From positions 73,408,001 through 73,472,000 of the forward strand of contig CM060732.1 in NCBI GenBank assembly GCA_030704615.1: 64,000 nucleotides of DNA, read 5' to 3'. The stretch comes from Takakia lepidozioides. Lineage: Eukaryota > Plantae > Bryophyta. Every line of letters starts with the position of its first letter. Position 1 is the stretch's first letter. Below the pieces are notes generated by a model, which saw only the letters and a program-made list of their open reading frames with translations, was not told the DNA's origin and made no database searches. Position numbers and translations under genes: made by a program. This document shows, piece after piece, positions 35,324-49,333 of this stretch.

Positions 35324-38300
35324 ATGGAGAGAGGCCGAAAGGGCGTCCTGCGGCACATACATAACCCTTTCCCAAAGCAACCGAGTACTTTGGGATTTGT
35401 GAAGGGGCAATTACTGTTCGATGCACGAGCCTTACCTTCTGAAAGCTTTGCAGCTGGCCGCGGGTTCACAGTACAATGGCAGGCTGAGAGAGGGGGTTCT
35501 CTTTCGGTTATTCATCAGAGTGAACCTGACAGACCTCTTTGGTCTACAGCTTCGGGGGCGGGGTTCGTGTCTGCCGCACTAGGTAACGAGAGGATAGAAG
35601 AGAGTAGGGGATCATATGCTCTTCATGACCAGATTGACATTGTTTGCAATTACCAAACGGTTGAACAGATTACTGTTGCTTGGCCAGGAAAAGGGAGCCA
35701 CGAACACTCTTTCCAGCCTGCCTCCTCCTGCCTCTCTTGTAATACCGATGCTGATGGGATCAACAAACGAGGAATAACCAGAGATTTTCTAGCTGATCAG
35801 CCGAGAGACTCGGAAAAAGTCAGGAGGAACAATGGCTGCAACTGTTGCTGTAAAATTCCAGAGAAGAGTGGCTGTCCTCAAGCCGGGGAAGTGTACCTGT
35901 TGCCTTGCGATTCCACCGACGCTGATGGTACCACCACAGCAGCAAATGGACCCACTGTACTTGTCAAAGGTTGCTTATACACTGATGCCAAGCTAGCCCA
36001 AGAGCAACTCGCAGCTGGTCACAGCCAAGGCGTAGGTTCCGAGAGCGGACCATTTTACAAAATGTATCGCCCAAAAAACTCGGGCTTCTTTAGCTTTCCC
36101 GAAAATCTGCGAAGTGTGGGTGTGCGTTACTGTCTAATGTTCATGGAGAGAAGAGACCACCATCTTGGCTTTCAGATATGGTTGGATTTACCCGTCACTC
36201 TTGAAGATTACATGACACGACATTTTTGGGGAAGTGAATCACTGAATCATCCTGACATTATCTTCGGTGAAGGTGGAAGGCACGAGGTTGATTGCGACAG
36301 ATTGGACAAGCACTCAGAAAGCCCTTTGTATGATATTCCTGAACGTCTGCAGTGGCTTTGGTCGAATGAACCCTTCTCCGCTTTTGCTCCATTGACAACT
36401 TACAGTGATTTGCGGAAACGGAGGAGATCAGTGAACGAGGTCGGAATGGTGGATATGAAGGACAGGTGTTTAGTGAGAGGAGGACAGTCAAGTCTAACGA
36501 GAGTGCGGAAATGCTTGAAAAACTTGAGGAGTGCGGGCAGAGTTTCAAACATTATGAGGCTTGTTAGGGATCAAAGCGGCGTTCAATTGCCCCAATTCAA
36601 CCGGATTCAACTCACCTATTTATCAAACAAAGGGGAGAGATTCTATGGTTTTGGTGAACAGTTCTCCTACTTCGACATGAAGGGAAGAAGAGTGCCCATC
36701 ATGGTCCAGGAACAGGGCTTGGGAAGAGGGGACCAACCCATCACCGCTGCTGCCAATCTGGTAGCCCACAGGTACCGCAATCAACTCGCCGTGATTGATG
36801 CCATAAAACCACCATTTCTTGTGAGGCGAGGGCTATCTCCATGCCTGCTAACATATAGGAACGTATCGTCCCCGCAGCAATGCATGCACTCAAAAGTTCT
36901 TCTTGCTGCAGTGAGGCCAGCAATCTGGTTAAATTTCAAGCCACAGTATCTTAGTTGGAACCGCATACCCCACTGGTTAAGACAATACTGTGGATTTGCA
37001 GTGATCTTGGGATTCCATTTACATTGACCGAGATTATCGGGTTACAAGATAAACTGAATTTTACCAAATCGGTACGTGAATGGTCGTCTTTTTGAAGTGT
37101 AAAGACTCTTTGTAAGAACGTTTCTGCACCTTGGAAACCTCAGTTGTACATATACAATACAATAAAGGTGCACAAGCCGTTGCTCTGCCAGGATGTATAG
37201 ACACTGGTCGTGAATATGAAACACCTTTAGTCAATGTTTTTCTAAAGATGATACCATTGCAGTCTGGTGTTAAACACGTTGGTCAGTATGCTACTTTGGT
37301 GAGCTCTAGATTGACCACTTGGCTGCAAGTTAGGTGGGAGTGTGAATGAAGACGATGATGTTTGGAATGTACTTGAACTGGGATTGGCGCAACTGGTGGA
37401 TGCGACAGGGCAGGAGGAGATTGGCATACGACATATGCACCCGCTCCATATTACATGACTTCGGACATGCACTCCCTCTACCTGGAGGGCTACGAGCATG
37501 CGGTTTTTGACCTCACTCGCCATGACCGCGTCCAAGTGCAAGTGAGTGTTTTCCTTCTCTTTCTCGTGTATGTTCTTGAAATTGTCCCGATAGATGGGTT
37601 ATTGCGGAAGTGTTACATGCACGTGTGATTTTGAGCAATACATAACTTGCATGTTGCCAGTAAAGGGTCAAGGTTTGCTCAGGGCCGTGAATTCTATTTT
37701 CCTGGAGGAGGCTGATGGTGTGATAATGGATTGTGTATCACACCATAGTTGGCTTCCCATGGGCTATATGAATAACAGTCTCTGCAACCATTTTTCAAAA
37801 GGAAAAACACCTTGGCACACAGAATCCCAGTATTGTCATTAGGGAATCCAGAAGTGTGCTCTTAGGTTGGGGCTATGGTAGAATGACAGTGACACTGATT
37901 GGGTGCCCCAGGTCCATGCAAGTCGCATACAGGGGCGAATACTGCATGGGCGTACACCTGCAGAGCTTATTGAGCACTACACAGCAGCCACGGGTCGCAT
38001 GCGCGAACTTCCTCAGTGGATCACCAAAGGTGCTATTGTGGGTATGCAAGGGGGTTTGGATGCCGTGCGCAAAGTTTGGCAGCAGCTCCAAGACTTTGAT
38101 GTGCCAATCTCTGCATTCTGGCTCCAAGTGAGTGTGACATGCACTTTTCTCATTGCAGGCACTTCCATGACCTTCTCAAGATTATGTTTGTTGTTTTGTG
38201 ACTGATTTAATCAAATTGAATTGATGCAAGCACCCCAAGCCATTCCTTCAGAAAACCTCCAGGCTTGTGTCATTATGTTTCTAGCGTATGTCTTTCTATT

Positions 38301-41171
38301 TCTCATTATGACTCTAAGCTTTCAAGCTTTCTTTGCAGTTGTCTTACTCCAGATTGTTGAACGGACTAGCATTGTCTGTGAGATCATCTATCTCTCTCTG
38401 CAACCAACACCCCACCTGCCCTGAAAAATACTAAGAAAGATCCCTCTCTGTAAGGACAAGCTCACTATTACCATCAAGAGCACCATCATATTGGTTTTTA
38501 ACAAGTTATGTTGGGAGTTGTTTGTTTCAGGACTGGGTAGGGCAGAGGAAGACAAGCATAGGGTGGCAGTTATGGTGGAACTGGGAAGTGGATGAAGACC
38601 ACTATCCGAATTGGGAAAAACTGGTTCGTGATTTACGTTCACATGGCATTCAGACTATGACTTATTGCAATCCTTTCATCGCTCCTGTAAGTGTCAAGTC
38701 CTTCCTTCACCTTGCTAGTACATCTGGACTCCTCTTCTATGCAATGTTGAGCTTCATTGGTTGTGTGTCCTGTACTTGCAGGTGCTGTCCCACGGTAACA
38801 GAAATCATACACTTTGAAAGAGAAATAACCCCTTTACAGGCCAGACCATCTTGACATTGTGGTTGCTGCTAATCGAAGCTTATGAAATCACTCACAGTAT
38901 CTCGTTTTGAGGGTTACTGTCAATATGCACTTATCAGTCTAATCTGGATGCCGTTACAGTCCCATAAGAGGTTGCATTTAAATGCAGGGGCCTTTGCCAG
39001 GACAGAGATTTGCACTGGACTGAGTTTTGGTTTTGGTTGACAGACAGATGAGAAACCCAATTCAAGAAGGAATTTGTTTGATGAGGCCAAAAATGGAAGT
39101 TTTCTGATTGGAGATAATTTTGGAGCTCCATATATGATTCCCAACACTAGCTTTGATGCTGCCATGGTGGACCTGACCAACCCTGCAGCCCGTAAATGGC
39201 TCAAACATATCATGCACAACATGGTTCAGACTGGTGTCCGTGGTTGGATGGCTGACTTTGGAGAGTCCTTGCCTTTTGACTCCTTGCTCTTCTCAGGTAG
39301 GGTGCCTCTCTAGCAGTAACCTTGTAAGTCAGACCAAGTCGAACAAGCATAATTGCATGTTTGTTACTGTGCAAATTCACCCCTTGGCCAATGTATATCT
39401 TCTTGTGTATATCTTTCAGAAAGTGGTTGTCTGAACCATCTGCGACAATGTCACTAAATTTTTTGTCCTTCTGCTGTGCAACATTGAACTCCTTTACCAC
39501 TTTTCATCAACAATCCGATTTTCATATGTAGGTATCCATCACCTGATCATGCATTATCCTGCAGGTGAAGACCCTGCCACGGCTCACAACAAGTACCCTG
39601 AGATGTGGGCAGAGCTAAACAGAGAGTTTGTAGAAGAGTGGGAGAAGGAGCAAGAAGAGCTGAGGAAAAGTAAGCTAACATCAATACATTGCAAGTTGGA
39701 AGAAAGCCAATCTCAAGGAGATGAGAAAGATGAGGACAAGCTAGTTTTCTTCATGCGGGCTGGATACAGGGGAAGCCCACGTTACAGCACATTATTTTGG
39801 GCAGGTGACCAGATGGTGAGCTGGCAACGGCATGATGGAATAAAGAGTGCTGTGACGGGGTTGCTGACTAGTGGTCTTAGTGGCTATTCTTTCAATCACA
39901 GTGATATTGGTGGCTACTGCACTGTCAATTTGCCCTTCTTCAAATACCGTCGGAGTGAGGAGCTTCTGATGAGATGGATGGAGCTGAATGCTTTTTCAAC
40001 CATATTTAGAACTCACGAGGTGACTTTTTCCACTACAAACAAACAGCAAATCAAGTTGTAGATGGCCATGTCGAGAGATAAGATGTTGTTTGTTGTAGCC
40101 TTGTAGCAAGCTACGGTACTGCCCCCTGTCTGGGTTGGCCACCATGCATAAGTAGTCCAAAGCTAGTAGACCTGTACTACTTTTGTGTAGATGGTGACTT
40201 TTGCTGTTTGCTGCAGGCTACTTTATATTTGGTATGTCTTTCATCCTCAGAGTGTAGTCATAGTTTGTCTACTTGGCAAGTGAGGCATGCTGTGGGTACA
40301 TTAGGAAGCATGGCATGTACAGTGCCACCTTGGAATGTGTACACGTCCACGATTGTCCGTTCTTCAATGCTAGGTCCCATAGACGAATGAATTTCTTGGT
40401 GGTATGGTTACAGTTTACACTAATCTCATATATATGTTGGTACGCTGCACAAACTTTTGGAGCAGGGAAATGTGCCAGCCGCCAACTCACAGTTCTACTC
40501 AAATGAGAGAACCTTAATGCACTTCGCTCGATGTGCAAAGATGTACAAAGCTTGGGAGTTTTACCGTCGCCAGCTCGTCAAGGTAATTATGCTTTCACTT
40601 TATGACAGTTCAATAGAGAACAGTATTGTATCAAAGGGACTCTTCCTGGAGGAAGACATTGATGCAGACTTCACAGATCTTACAATTTGCAGTTCAAGTG
40701 AAAGGGTTGCGAGAGCTGGGCTTGAGTTTTGCTTAGCAGAAGAGAGTCATTTTGATGCTCACTGGTGCTCTGTATGGACTCATGGGTAAACTGCAGGAGG
40801 CAGCAAAAACGGGGATGCCAGTAGTGAGGCATCTGTTTTTGCACTATGCAAATGACAAGCAGGTGCAAGGCATCACATACCAGCAATTCCTGGTTGGATG
40901 TGAGATACTCGTGGTCCCTGTACTCAATAAAGGGCACTCAAGGGTGCAAGCTTACTTCCCTTCTGGGGACACATGGGAGCATGTATGGACAGGGATTACT
41001 TATAGAGCGGCAACCCCAGCTGGTCACAGAGCCTGGATCCAGTCCCCACTTGGATACCCAGCTATGTTTGTCAAGAAAGGCTCCCTGATTGGGGCAGAAT
41101 TCATAACAAATCTAGTGCATGAGGGAGTTCTAAAAAGAAAGTTTAATTCCACAGTGTTGCAGAAGCTGTAA
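35324..41171 (+). CDS. GH31 YihQ/sulfoquinovosidase-like glycosidase, ~1050 aa, 8 exons
   Basis: Exons 35324-36771, 37409-37541, 37912-38127, 38531-38686, 39044-39296, 39565-40019, 40466-40582 and 40797-41171 join in frame with GT-AG. Motifs FYGFGEQFS, QEQGLGRG, TTYAP.P, WLQDWVG.R.TSIG..LWWNW, nucleophile GWMADFGE, acid/base WAGDQ, HSDIGGY, FRTHEG. Confidence 0.93.
40075..40150 (-). mobile_element. Short LINE-tail-like insertion in an intron
   Basis: Minus strand reads ..gctacaaggctacaacaaacaacatcttat, sharing the family 3' tail. Confidence 0.55.
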
Positions 41172-42726
41172 TATTCCCTCTCCATTGGTGCATGGAGACA
41201 GAAAACGCACACATTGTGTGTTTGGTAGCTAACCATGCCATTTGTTCAGTATCTGTGTGCATGGCTTGCATGTGATGGTTGGCTGCATCTCATGCTGTGT
41301 CATTCTCAGTATGAGTTGATTCTTGTAGATTGAAGACCTTGTACAATCTGGACTTGATTTGAGAGTAGAGCAAGATGAATTCATTACATTTGTAAATATT
41401 GTTGGAATAAACCGTATAGGGCCCACCTCAAATTGGGGGAATGGGCGAAGCTTTCTGTCTTTCTATGTGTGGAGTGAGTACATGCAACCTCTATGCATCT
41501 ACTGATGTTAGATAGGATTGTACTAAAACCCTATTAAGTATGTTCCATTGCAACTTTTAACCCTTCAAATTGATTCCATTCAAGTCCTCTGGAAGGAGCA
41601 AGAAATCATGGAGCTGAAAACTATTATGCATTGACCTCTAACTATTCTATTGCCTTCAGATGTCTTCCCTAGGCTTTAGACACCTATGTTCCCTATCTCC
41701 ATTTGAGTGGTTTTACAGTTCAAACAAGGGAAAGGACGAGCTAATGATAGTGTGGTTGGACACCTTTATCTTTCTAGACATAGATTTGGTTCGTGTATTT
41801 AGCCTAGTCTTTCTCTCACTTCCTCCCTATGTGCCTGTGCTTGCGTTAGTGCATTGTGTATGCCTATCATTTAGACTCATGAGAGGACTTGATTGAATCT
41901 ACTAAATCTGACCTCCACCCTCTATACTGCGAGTAGTACATTTGTAAGCCTTTCATTGAGACTCCATGAGGGGACTTGAAGAGGTGGTCGACAATCTAAT
42001 TCGGCTGTTGGTAAGTGCTCCTACTTTCTTGTTGGTAGTCAATAACTAGTGTGGCCTGCCATTGAGTATTATGCCACACCATAGGTCCAAAAAAGCTTAT
42101 GAAACCACCTTGATGTACCCCTTCTTTTCAACGGTACTAAGAACCGGGATGGAGGCCTTGCTATTTTTTGTCAATTTTCAATGACAAAAATATTTGAAGA
42201 AATATTCTCTCCTTATGATGTAGTGCCCCTGTTTTCCTCAGTCTGGTTTTAGGTCACACTCTCTCTCCTTGTCCTTCTCAATTCATTTCTTCTCTGCTTC
42301 TTTTAGAACTTATGGTTAGGAGTATAAAAAATATTTGAAATTTAATATCACCGTATGTCCAAAAATTATGCATGGGTGTCATCTATGTTAAGCTCTTGGT
42401 TTCACCTTCCCAACCTAACCCTTTTCTGCCCAATCTAAACTAGATGAAGAATTTTTGGTCTGAAGATTATAGCAATTGAATGAGGATTCTTTACTAGACT
42501 GCATGCTTTTTTGTTTTTATATTCTTTGTCTTTCAGGTTATGAGTTCCCAAAAACTGGTGCTGCTACATAACGATTGCAAGCAACTCTCAAATGAGGACA
42601 AGATGGGATGGGCAACACTGCCCAAATTACACATCTGGGCTCAAACACAAACTTCCTTGGGAGAGCCATGAAATGGAGATGATTTCCTTGTTGTAACGGC
42701 CCGCTTGCTTATTTCCATGTATTTTA

Positions 42727-42769
42727 TAATGTACTCATAAGATGTTTGTTGTAGCCTTGTGGCCACCAG
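42727..42769 (-). mobile_element. 43-bp extreme 5'-truncated LINE tail insertion with TSD
   Basis: Minus strand ctggtggccacaaggctacaacaaacatcttatgagtacatta, flanked by direct repeat TGTATTTTA (42718-42726 and 42770-42778). Confidence 0.8.
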
Positions 42770-43319
42770 TGTATTTTAGAGCGACTTTATGAGCTTAAAA
42801 TACCCCTTCAGTGGTCAGAGAGTGGAACCTAGGCCTTTGGGTGAGAGCATCATTGATTCCACGGTGAGAAGCTAGAGAAGGTAGAACACACTCTTGTTCG
42901 ACAAATATTAGGTTTTAGCACAGCCACTCTGTCTGTTACCGTGCACCCCATAAATGCTTCAACCAAGGCCTTATTTGATCAAACCCTTAAACAATGTTAT
43001 TTGCCATAGAGGTCACGGTGTAAACAAGCATTCTGATTCCTTCAACTTTGAAACAATATAACTTTGTGTATACATGAAATGGTCCGACCGGAGACTTTCT
43101 ACATCAAAGCCTTTGTGGCACTAGGTTTGCATTTAGTGAGCATATCAGTTTGAGCTATGATTGGCCCATCATGTGGCAGATTTGGAATTTCAAGTGCTTT
43201 TGGTCGTTGGAAATTCCCAAAAATAGCTTGAAAGTGGGATTTCCCGGAACAACGACTGGAGCCTCGACGGGGGATACATTGATATATTAGTACTCAATAA
43301 ATTCAGGTAAAAGAATAAA

Positions 43320-43890
43320 TGGGGCCTTGACATGGGAGACGTACTTGGGCCTCTACATGGAAATGCACTTGGATACATGAATAGAAGATTGCATTTGGGC
43401 TTAGATGGGCCTCGACATAGAAGACGCACTTGGATACATAGGAAATTACACTTGGTCTTAGGTTTCAATTCTTCACACATGGGCCAACGGCATAGGCTAC
43501 ACTAGAGGTCGCACTTGGGCCTCGACATAGGAGACGCACTTGGATACATAGGAAATTGCACTTGGTCTTAGGTTTCAATGCTTCACACATGGGCCAATGG
43601 CATAGGCTACACTAGAGGTCGCACTTGGGCCTTGACATAGGAGACGCACTGGGATACATAGAAGATCTTACACTTGGGCCAATGGCACAGGCTACCCTAG
43701 AGGTCGCATTTGGGCATGAACATAGGAGACGCACTTGGATACGTAGGGGATTGCATGTGGATTTAGATGACACTCGACACTTGGGCCAACGGCACAGGCT
43801 ACCTTGGAGGTCATACCTAGGCCTAGACATAGGAGACGCACTTGAATGCATAGGAGATTGCACTTGGGCCAACGGCATAGACTACCTTAG
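43320..43890. repeat. Complex tandem repeat (~110-bp higher-order unit of ~20-bp CACTTGG subunits)
   Basis: tgggcctcgacatag.agacgcacttggatacatagg recurs at ~43406, 43516 and 43626, with degenerate copies on either side. Confidence 0.9.
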
Positions 43891-45164
43891 TATCAATAAA
43901 TTAAGCAAGGTAATTTGTTTGTGTATGTTTTGTTTGTCACGTTGAGATCTCCCAAACCACAAGGCCTCTCTGCCCAAGTTCTTAATACCATTTGAAAAGC
44001 CCTCGACGAGTAGGCTGTTTCAGGATGATGTATTCAATGGCTCCTGAGCCTCATTTTCATTAAAGTTTTTTTCTACAACATCTATAAGACAAGGATCGCC
44101 CACCACCTTGACAGCCAAGACATCCAGAGTTTACTTCAACATTTTCTTTGAAAATGAATTGTTTGTATGATTTGTACAAACCGGGTTGGTCATGAGATAT
44201 CATGATTGATATGCAGACAAGTTATACCAAGAAATATAGCAATTGGACGTTGATTTTCCCAGTGGTGAATGATATCTATTTCGTGGTGTATTTTCTCAAA
44301 ACTCAAAATCTAGCAGATGGGCAGCGACCCAAGAAAGAGTCAGACTCATTCATACTCTTCATTTCAGTGGTGGACAGTGGACAAACTGAAACAACACTAG
44401 ACTCTCCCATAGGCCTAAACATTAATTTCATATGTGTTTTGTAATCAATCGTTGGGATGTGCTAATTTAACAGTGAGGTTCTCTCATATCAAATGTTACG
44501 TGTGAAAGATTGGGCTGGGCTTACACCGGCTGCCTCAAACATGGGGGTAGTGAACAATTTCCACTTCACATATTACATATTACAAAGATATTGCAGCACC
44601 ATTATAGTTGCATCAAAAGGGAGGGAAGGCTGATTACAATTTCCTTGCCAATGGCTTGTGGTCGTATATCCATGCCGAGTTTTGATATGGAGAGAAGGTT
44701 TCTCTCTTTTTGCTTCTTTTATGAAAAAATCCATTTTTGTTGATAAGATCTTTTTATATTGAACTGATAATTTCTTCAACAAAGTTGCTAGTTTGGTTGT
44801 GTTATACTTTTTATAACTTCTTAGAAAAGCTAAATTGATGTGCAAAAGATAAGAGAAAAGCACTTTGAGACTGCATATAAGGATGAGATTTCTTTTATAT
44901 TTCGCACTTCATATTTGACCTTACTCCCTTCCTCATAATCTTTGTTGCTCAATGGTTTTGCGATTTCTCTCTTTCTCTTAGATCTTCCTCGTGGTCTTGT
45001 TTCTCAAAAGTTTTGATATCAAGATGCACTTATCAAGTTTGGGGTGCGTAGTCTTGTTTTGGTGGCAATGACAAACACTATGCATCGTATTATAAGAGGT
45101 GCGTGGTTGTTTTTGGTGATCTTAGCTTCAGCTTTCGATCCGGTCAAATCAGTTTGTCCATCGG

Positions 45165-48010
45165 GTGTTGTGTCATGTTTGGAGACTCACGCTTTGATAC
45201 TAGAAATGATCAATTAGCATTTCCATCAAACCAACAGTTACACTTGAATAGACCTTACAGAGAAATATTTTTCAGACATCCAACGGGTCGCTAAAGTTTT
45301 GAATGGGCGTATTGTGATTGATTGCGTCACTCATGCCTTTGGACTTCCCTTCATCATCTCGATTCAAGCATATATAACGAACCGTACAAACTCCAATTTT
45401 CGACATGCATGGGATTAATTTTGCTTATGCTGGAGCTACTTATGACATCAATGTGGACATTGTGAAAAATCCCAAAAAAAATACGGATTTCCAAAAAAGA
45501 ACATATTCCAAACGGTATGGACATCCATGCCATTCCAACTTGGATGCTATATGTAGAAACATTAATGCAACAATGGGAGGAAAAATTATGGGTTTAGACG
45601 TATACAAATCTAGGGATCCTAACAACTATATTACCTGTGATGGAGTACATTTTATAGAGGCCTTCCACAAGATTATAGCAAAGTCATTTTTGACAGGAGA
45701 CTATTTGGACCCGCCCACCAATTTCACGACATAATGCGAATTGAATGGTGAATATGTTGTCAAATGAATGCGATTTGTAAATTACGCTCATGAATTCATG
45801 ATATGATCCGTTTTAGCTTATGCTGGAGCTACTGCACGAAACGATGAGTATTTGGTTTTATATCATCTCGAGCTTCCAAATGAACTTTTTTTGGATTTCA
45901 AAACCAATGCAAAATCAAAATTGTCAAGCGAATCAACACCCACTTCAGAAATTTATGAGAATGATTATACATTATATATGTTGGGGGCAATGATTTTTGA
46001 TATCCAACACGTGGGACCTACAGATGTAATGAAAGATATTGTGCATCAATCGGTGGCTGTAGTTTAAGCTGCTATAGAGAAGTGCAGGAGTTTATCTACA
46101 ACAATCATGCCGAAGATTGCTCCACTATTTTCCTCTAAAATTGGGGGAATCCTGGGGTTTGATTCCTTTCAATGAGGTTGTTTTAGCCTACGACGAGAGC
46201 TTGAGAAGTCTGATTGAAGACCTCCAACAACGGTTTCCGGGAATTTCTATTCATTTCTATTCATTTCGGATATCATGACATCAACGTGAACATTGTGAAA
46301 AATCTAGAAAAATACGGATTTCCAAAAGAAAACATATTCCAAACAGCTTGTGGGTATGGACATCCATACCATTTCAACTTGGATGCTAGTGTGGAAACAT
46401 TACTGCAACAATGGGAGGGAAAGTTATGGATTTAGATGTATACAAATCTAGGGATCCCAACAACTATATTATCTGGGATGGAGTACACTTTACATACGCC
46501 TTCTACAAGATTATAGCAAAGTCGTTTTTGATAGGAGACTATTTGGACCTGCCCACCAATTTCATGACATAATGCGAATTGAACGATGGATATTTTGCCA
46601 AATGAATATGATTTGTATTACGTTCATGAATTGAGGATCTGACCAGTTTTTGTTTAGCTTCACTACAGTCAGGGACTAGGACTTGCCTAGTCTGATGGGG
46701 CAGGCGAGGCGTACCAGACCAGGGTACATAGCGATGTGGTGGGGAGGCTGCGTAGTACTAAAAAAAATAACTACTTCGCTAGACGTTGCATCATAATCCA
46801 AGATGATTCCAATATGTCTTCGACGTTTCGCGCGTTTCTATTGGATGGCTCAGCATCCTTATAAGTATGTCATTGACCGCAAATCAGAATGAACATTGAA
46901 GGGGACGCCTTATTCAAACAATGGAGCTATTGCAGGAAACGATGAGTATTTTGATTCCATATCATTTCGAGCTTCAAGTTGAACAATTTTTGGATTTCAA
47001 TACCAATGCAAAGTCAAAATTGCAAATCAACACCCACTTTAGAAAATTATGAGAATGGATTATATATTATACATATTGGGGGCAACGATTTTTCATATCA
47101 GTATCACCGACACATGGGATCTACAGATGTAGTGAAAGGCATCCTGTCTCAATCAGTGGCTGCAGTTTAAGCTACTATAAATAATTTATATAATACAGGA
47201 GCTAGACATTTTTTTGAGGCTCTCATTTTTTAATAATAGGGTCATGAATGAACGGGCGGGCCCCGCCAGTACGACCCTTGGGGTGAGCTCATAAGCCCAC
47301 CGCCCATTCACCGGGTCGGCGAGATTCTGAAATTTTCTAAGTCCTTGTTCATCTATCGTGGCGGACCTTCTAGCAGACTCTCCAACATACCGATGAGCGG
47401 ACTGGCACCTCTCCAGCAGACTGGGTAGAACCCCCTCGAGCAGACTTTCCAAGCGGATCCTCTAAGTACACCGAGCAGACCCCCCTCCAGCAGACCCTAG
47501 ACCCTTCGACAAAATATATGTTTAATAACACACATTACTGCCACAGTACAACCTGACGAGATTTAAACTCCGAACCTCGTGTTTATCATTCATTGCTCTT
47601 AACCACCACACTACCTACCACTTTCTACAAACCAATGCAATAATTAATGCTTTATGTGGATATTGTGGGCCCTAGAAGAGTAGCTTGCCGGGTAGACCCA
47701 ATAGTGCGGGGATTGGCGGGTCCGGTAGGGGCCCTCCCACCCTCCGCCACAGGTGGCCCCGCCGCAGCCACACGCGCGGGCATTCATGACCCTATTATTG
47801 TTAAATGAGAAGCTTTTTTTAATCTACATTAACAACCATGTCGAAGGTTACTCCTCTATTTTCCTCTCAAATTGGGGCAATCCCGGGGTTTCAAGAGATG
47901 AGACGGGGTGTTTGATTCCTTTCAATGAGGTTGTTTTAGCCTACAACGAGAGCTTGCTCCAACGACGGTTTCCGGATATTCATTTCTATTCATCTCGGAT
48001 ATCATGACAT
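45165..48010 (+). pseudogene. Cluster of three partial GDSL esterase/lipase pseudogenes
   Basis: Block I FGDS.FDT, PY..FF.HPTGR, GINFAYAGAT, IHIGGNDF, GARHFL, GCLIPFNEVV.AYN and block V (W/C)DGVHF..AF.KIIA. Copies at ~45165-45734, ~45812-46600 and ~46920-48010, all with stops or deletions; the third is split by a MITE. Confidence 0.85.
47216..47814. mobile_element. MITE inserted in a T-run of the GDSL pseudogene
   Basis: Imperfect ~35-bp TIR with perfect core AATAATAGGGTCATGAATG / CATTCATGACCCTATTATT. Flanked by T7 runs; removing it restores GARHFLIYINN. Internal tRNA-like A/B-box remnant (~47553-47617, minus). Confidence 0.8.
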
Positions 48011-48412
48011 CTTTAATCTTTCATAACAGATCTAGACAAAAATGGTTGAATATTATATTATGTCAAATGACTAACTGTACTATTAAGTATTTCCTCACCG
48101 TTAGAAGTCCTTCTCGAACAATATTTTTAGTTATGTGGATTATGTGTGGTGCCATATGATAAGAATGGGAGTCCTATTGGAATTCTTGAAAGAAAAACTC
48201 AAATTGTAGATCCCATCCCGGAATTGTTGTGTAACACAATCAAAGATATATAGTCAAATGGAAGGCATTGCTGTCTACATGCATATTGACACTTGCATCA
48301 TTAGCATATACGACGAGTCAGAGAGTTTGTATCCCCCACACATCGATCACATTACATTGTTCGACCGTTTTGGACTGTTTTCTCTCTTGAGTGCATGTAA
48401 CAATGTTTGGAT

Positions 48413-49333
48413 CAGTGTTGTGCGGGTTCTGCTTTTTTAAGGAACCCGCCGGGTCCGGGTGCAGTTTTTTTTCGGAGCCAAGTCCGGATCCGGGTTTTTG
48501 AAAATTGGAAAATCCGGGTCCGGGTTCGGGCCCGGGTTTGTCAACACGGACTCGGGTTAGGGTCCGGGTGGCTGTTGGGAAATATTAGCGGGTTCACGGG
48601 TTCGGTCCTAATTTATTGATTAAATAAATTAGAAAAATAAGATTAATTAGGGATAAAATTATTTTTGGCTGGAAAAAACTTTAAATCCTAATAATGAATT
48701 TTAATTTAAGAGACATTCCTTCAAAATATACCATGAATATGAATATTTATACCACGAATAAGAATTAAAATAGAAGTTTGAGTTCTATTTTCTATTTTTC
48801 AATATCAATTCTTTAAACATGTTAAGAATAGTAATATGCCTCAAGGGTAGATCACTATAGCATGGATGTGTGGGATCTGGCCTAATAATAATATATGACG
48901 TCTCCTTTGGGAAGTGTAAATTATGGTCCCATAGGGCACAACTTTGTGACACCACTCCGTGGATTGAACCCACAGCCGCTTTTGAGGTGGTATGTGGGCA
49001 TTACCAGTGGGCTACAACGTGGTGGGGCTGGCTGCTGCAGTGGCCTATTGCTGCTCGTCCCCTCCACACATATGACAAAACCTACCAAATTTAAGGTGGA
49101 CCCCGCATGCCCCATCTAAAATTAAGACCCGAACCCTGACCCGCTACATTGGCCCGCGGATAGCGGGATTAACGGGTTCTGGACCCAGCAGGCGGGTCCG
49201 GGTCCGGTTCCGGGTTCATTTTAGAAATGAACCCGGGTCAGGGTCCGAGTTTTTTGTGATAGCACGGGTCTGGGTAACCCGGATCCTAACCCGCCGGGTA
49301 CCCGCCTTCAAAACCCGGACCCGCACAACACTG
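48413..49333. mobile_element. Non-autonomous hAT element (921 bp)
   Basis: TIR CAGTGTTGTGCGGGT / ACCCGCACAACACTG; perfect 8-bp TSD GTTTGGAT (48405-48412, 49334-49341); CGGGT/ACCCG subterminal repeats. Confidence 0.95.

Noticed and set aside
36772-37027. C-terminal 85 aa of the 567-aa ORF
   Set aside because: Read-through into intron 1; homology resumes in the exon at 37409.
41600-42700. L1-like RT remnant on the minus strand (IILNGRP)
   Set aside because: Only one weak motif; too degenerate to call.
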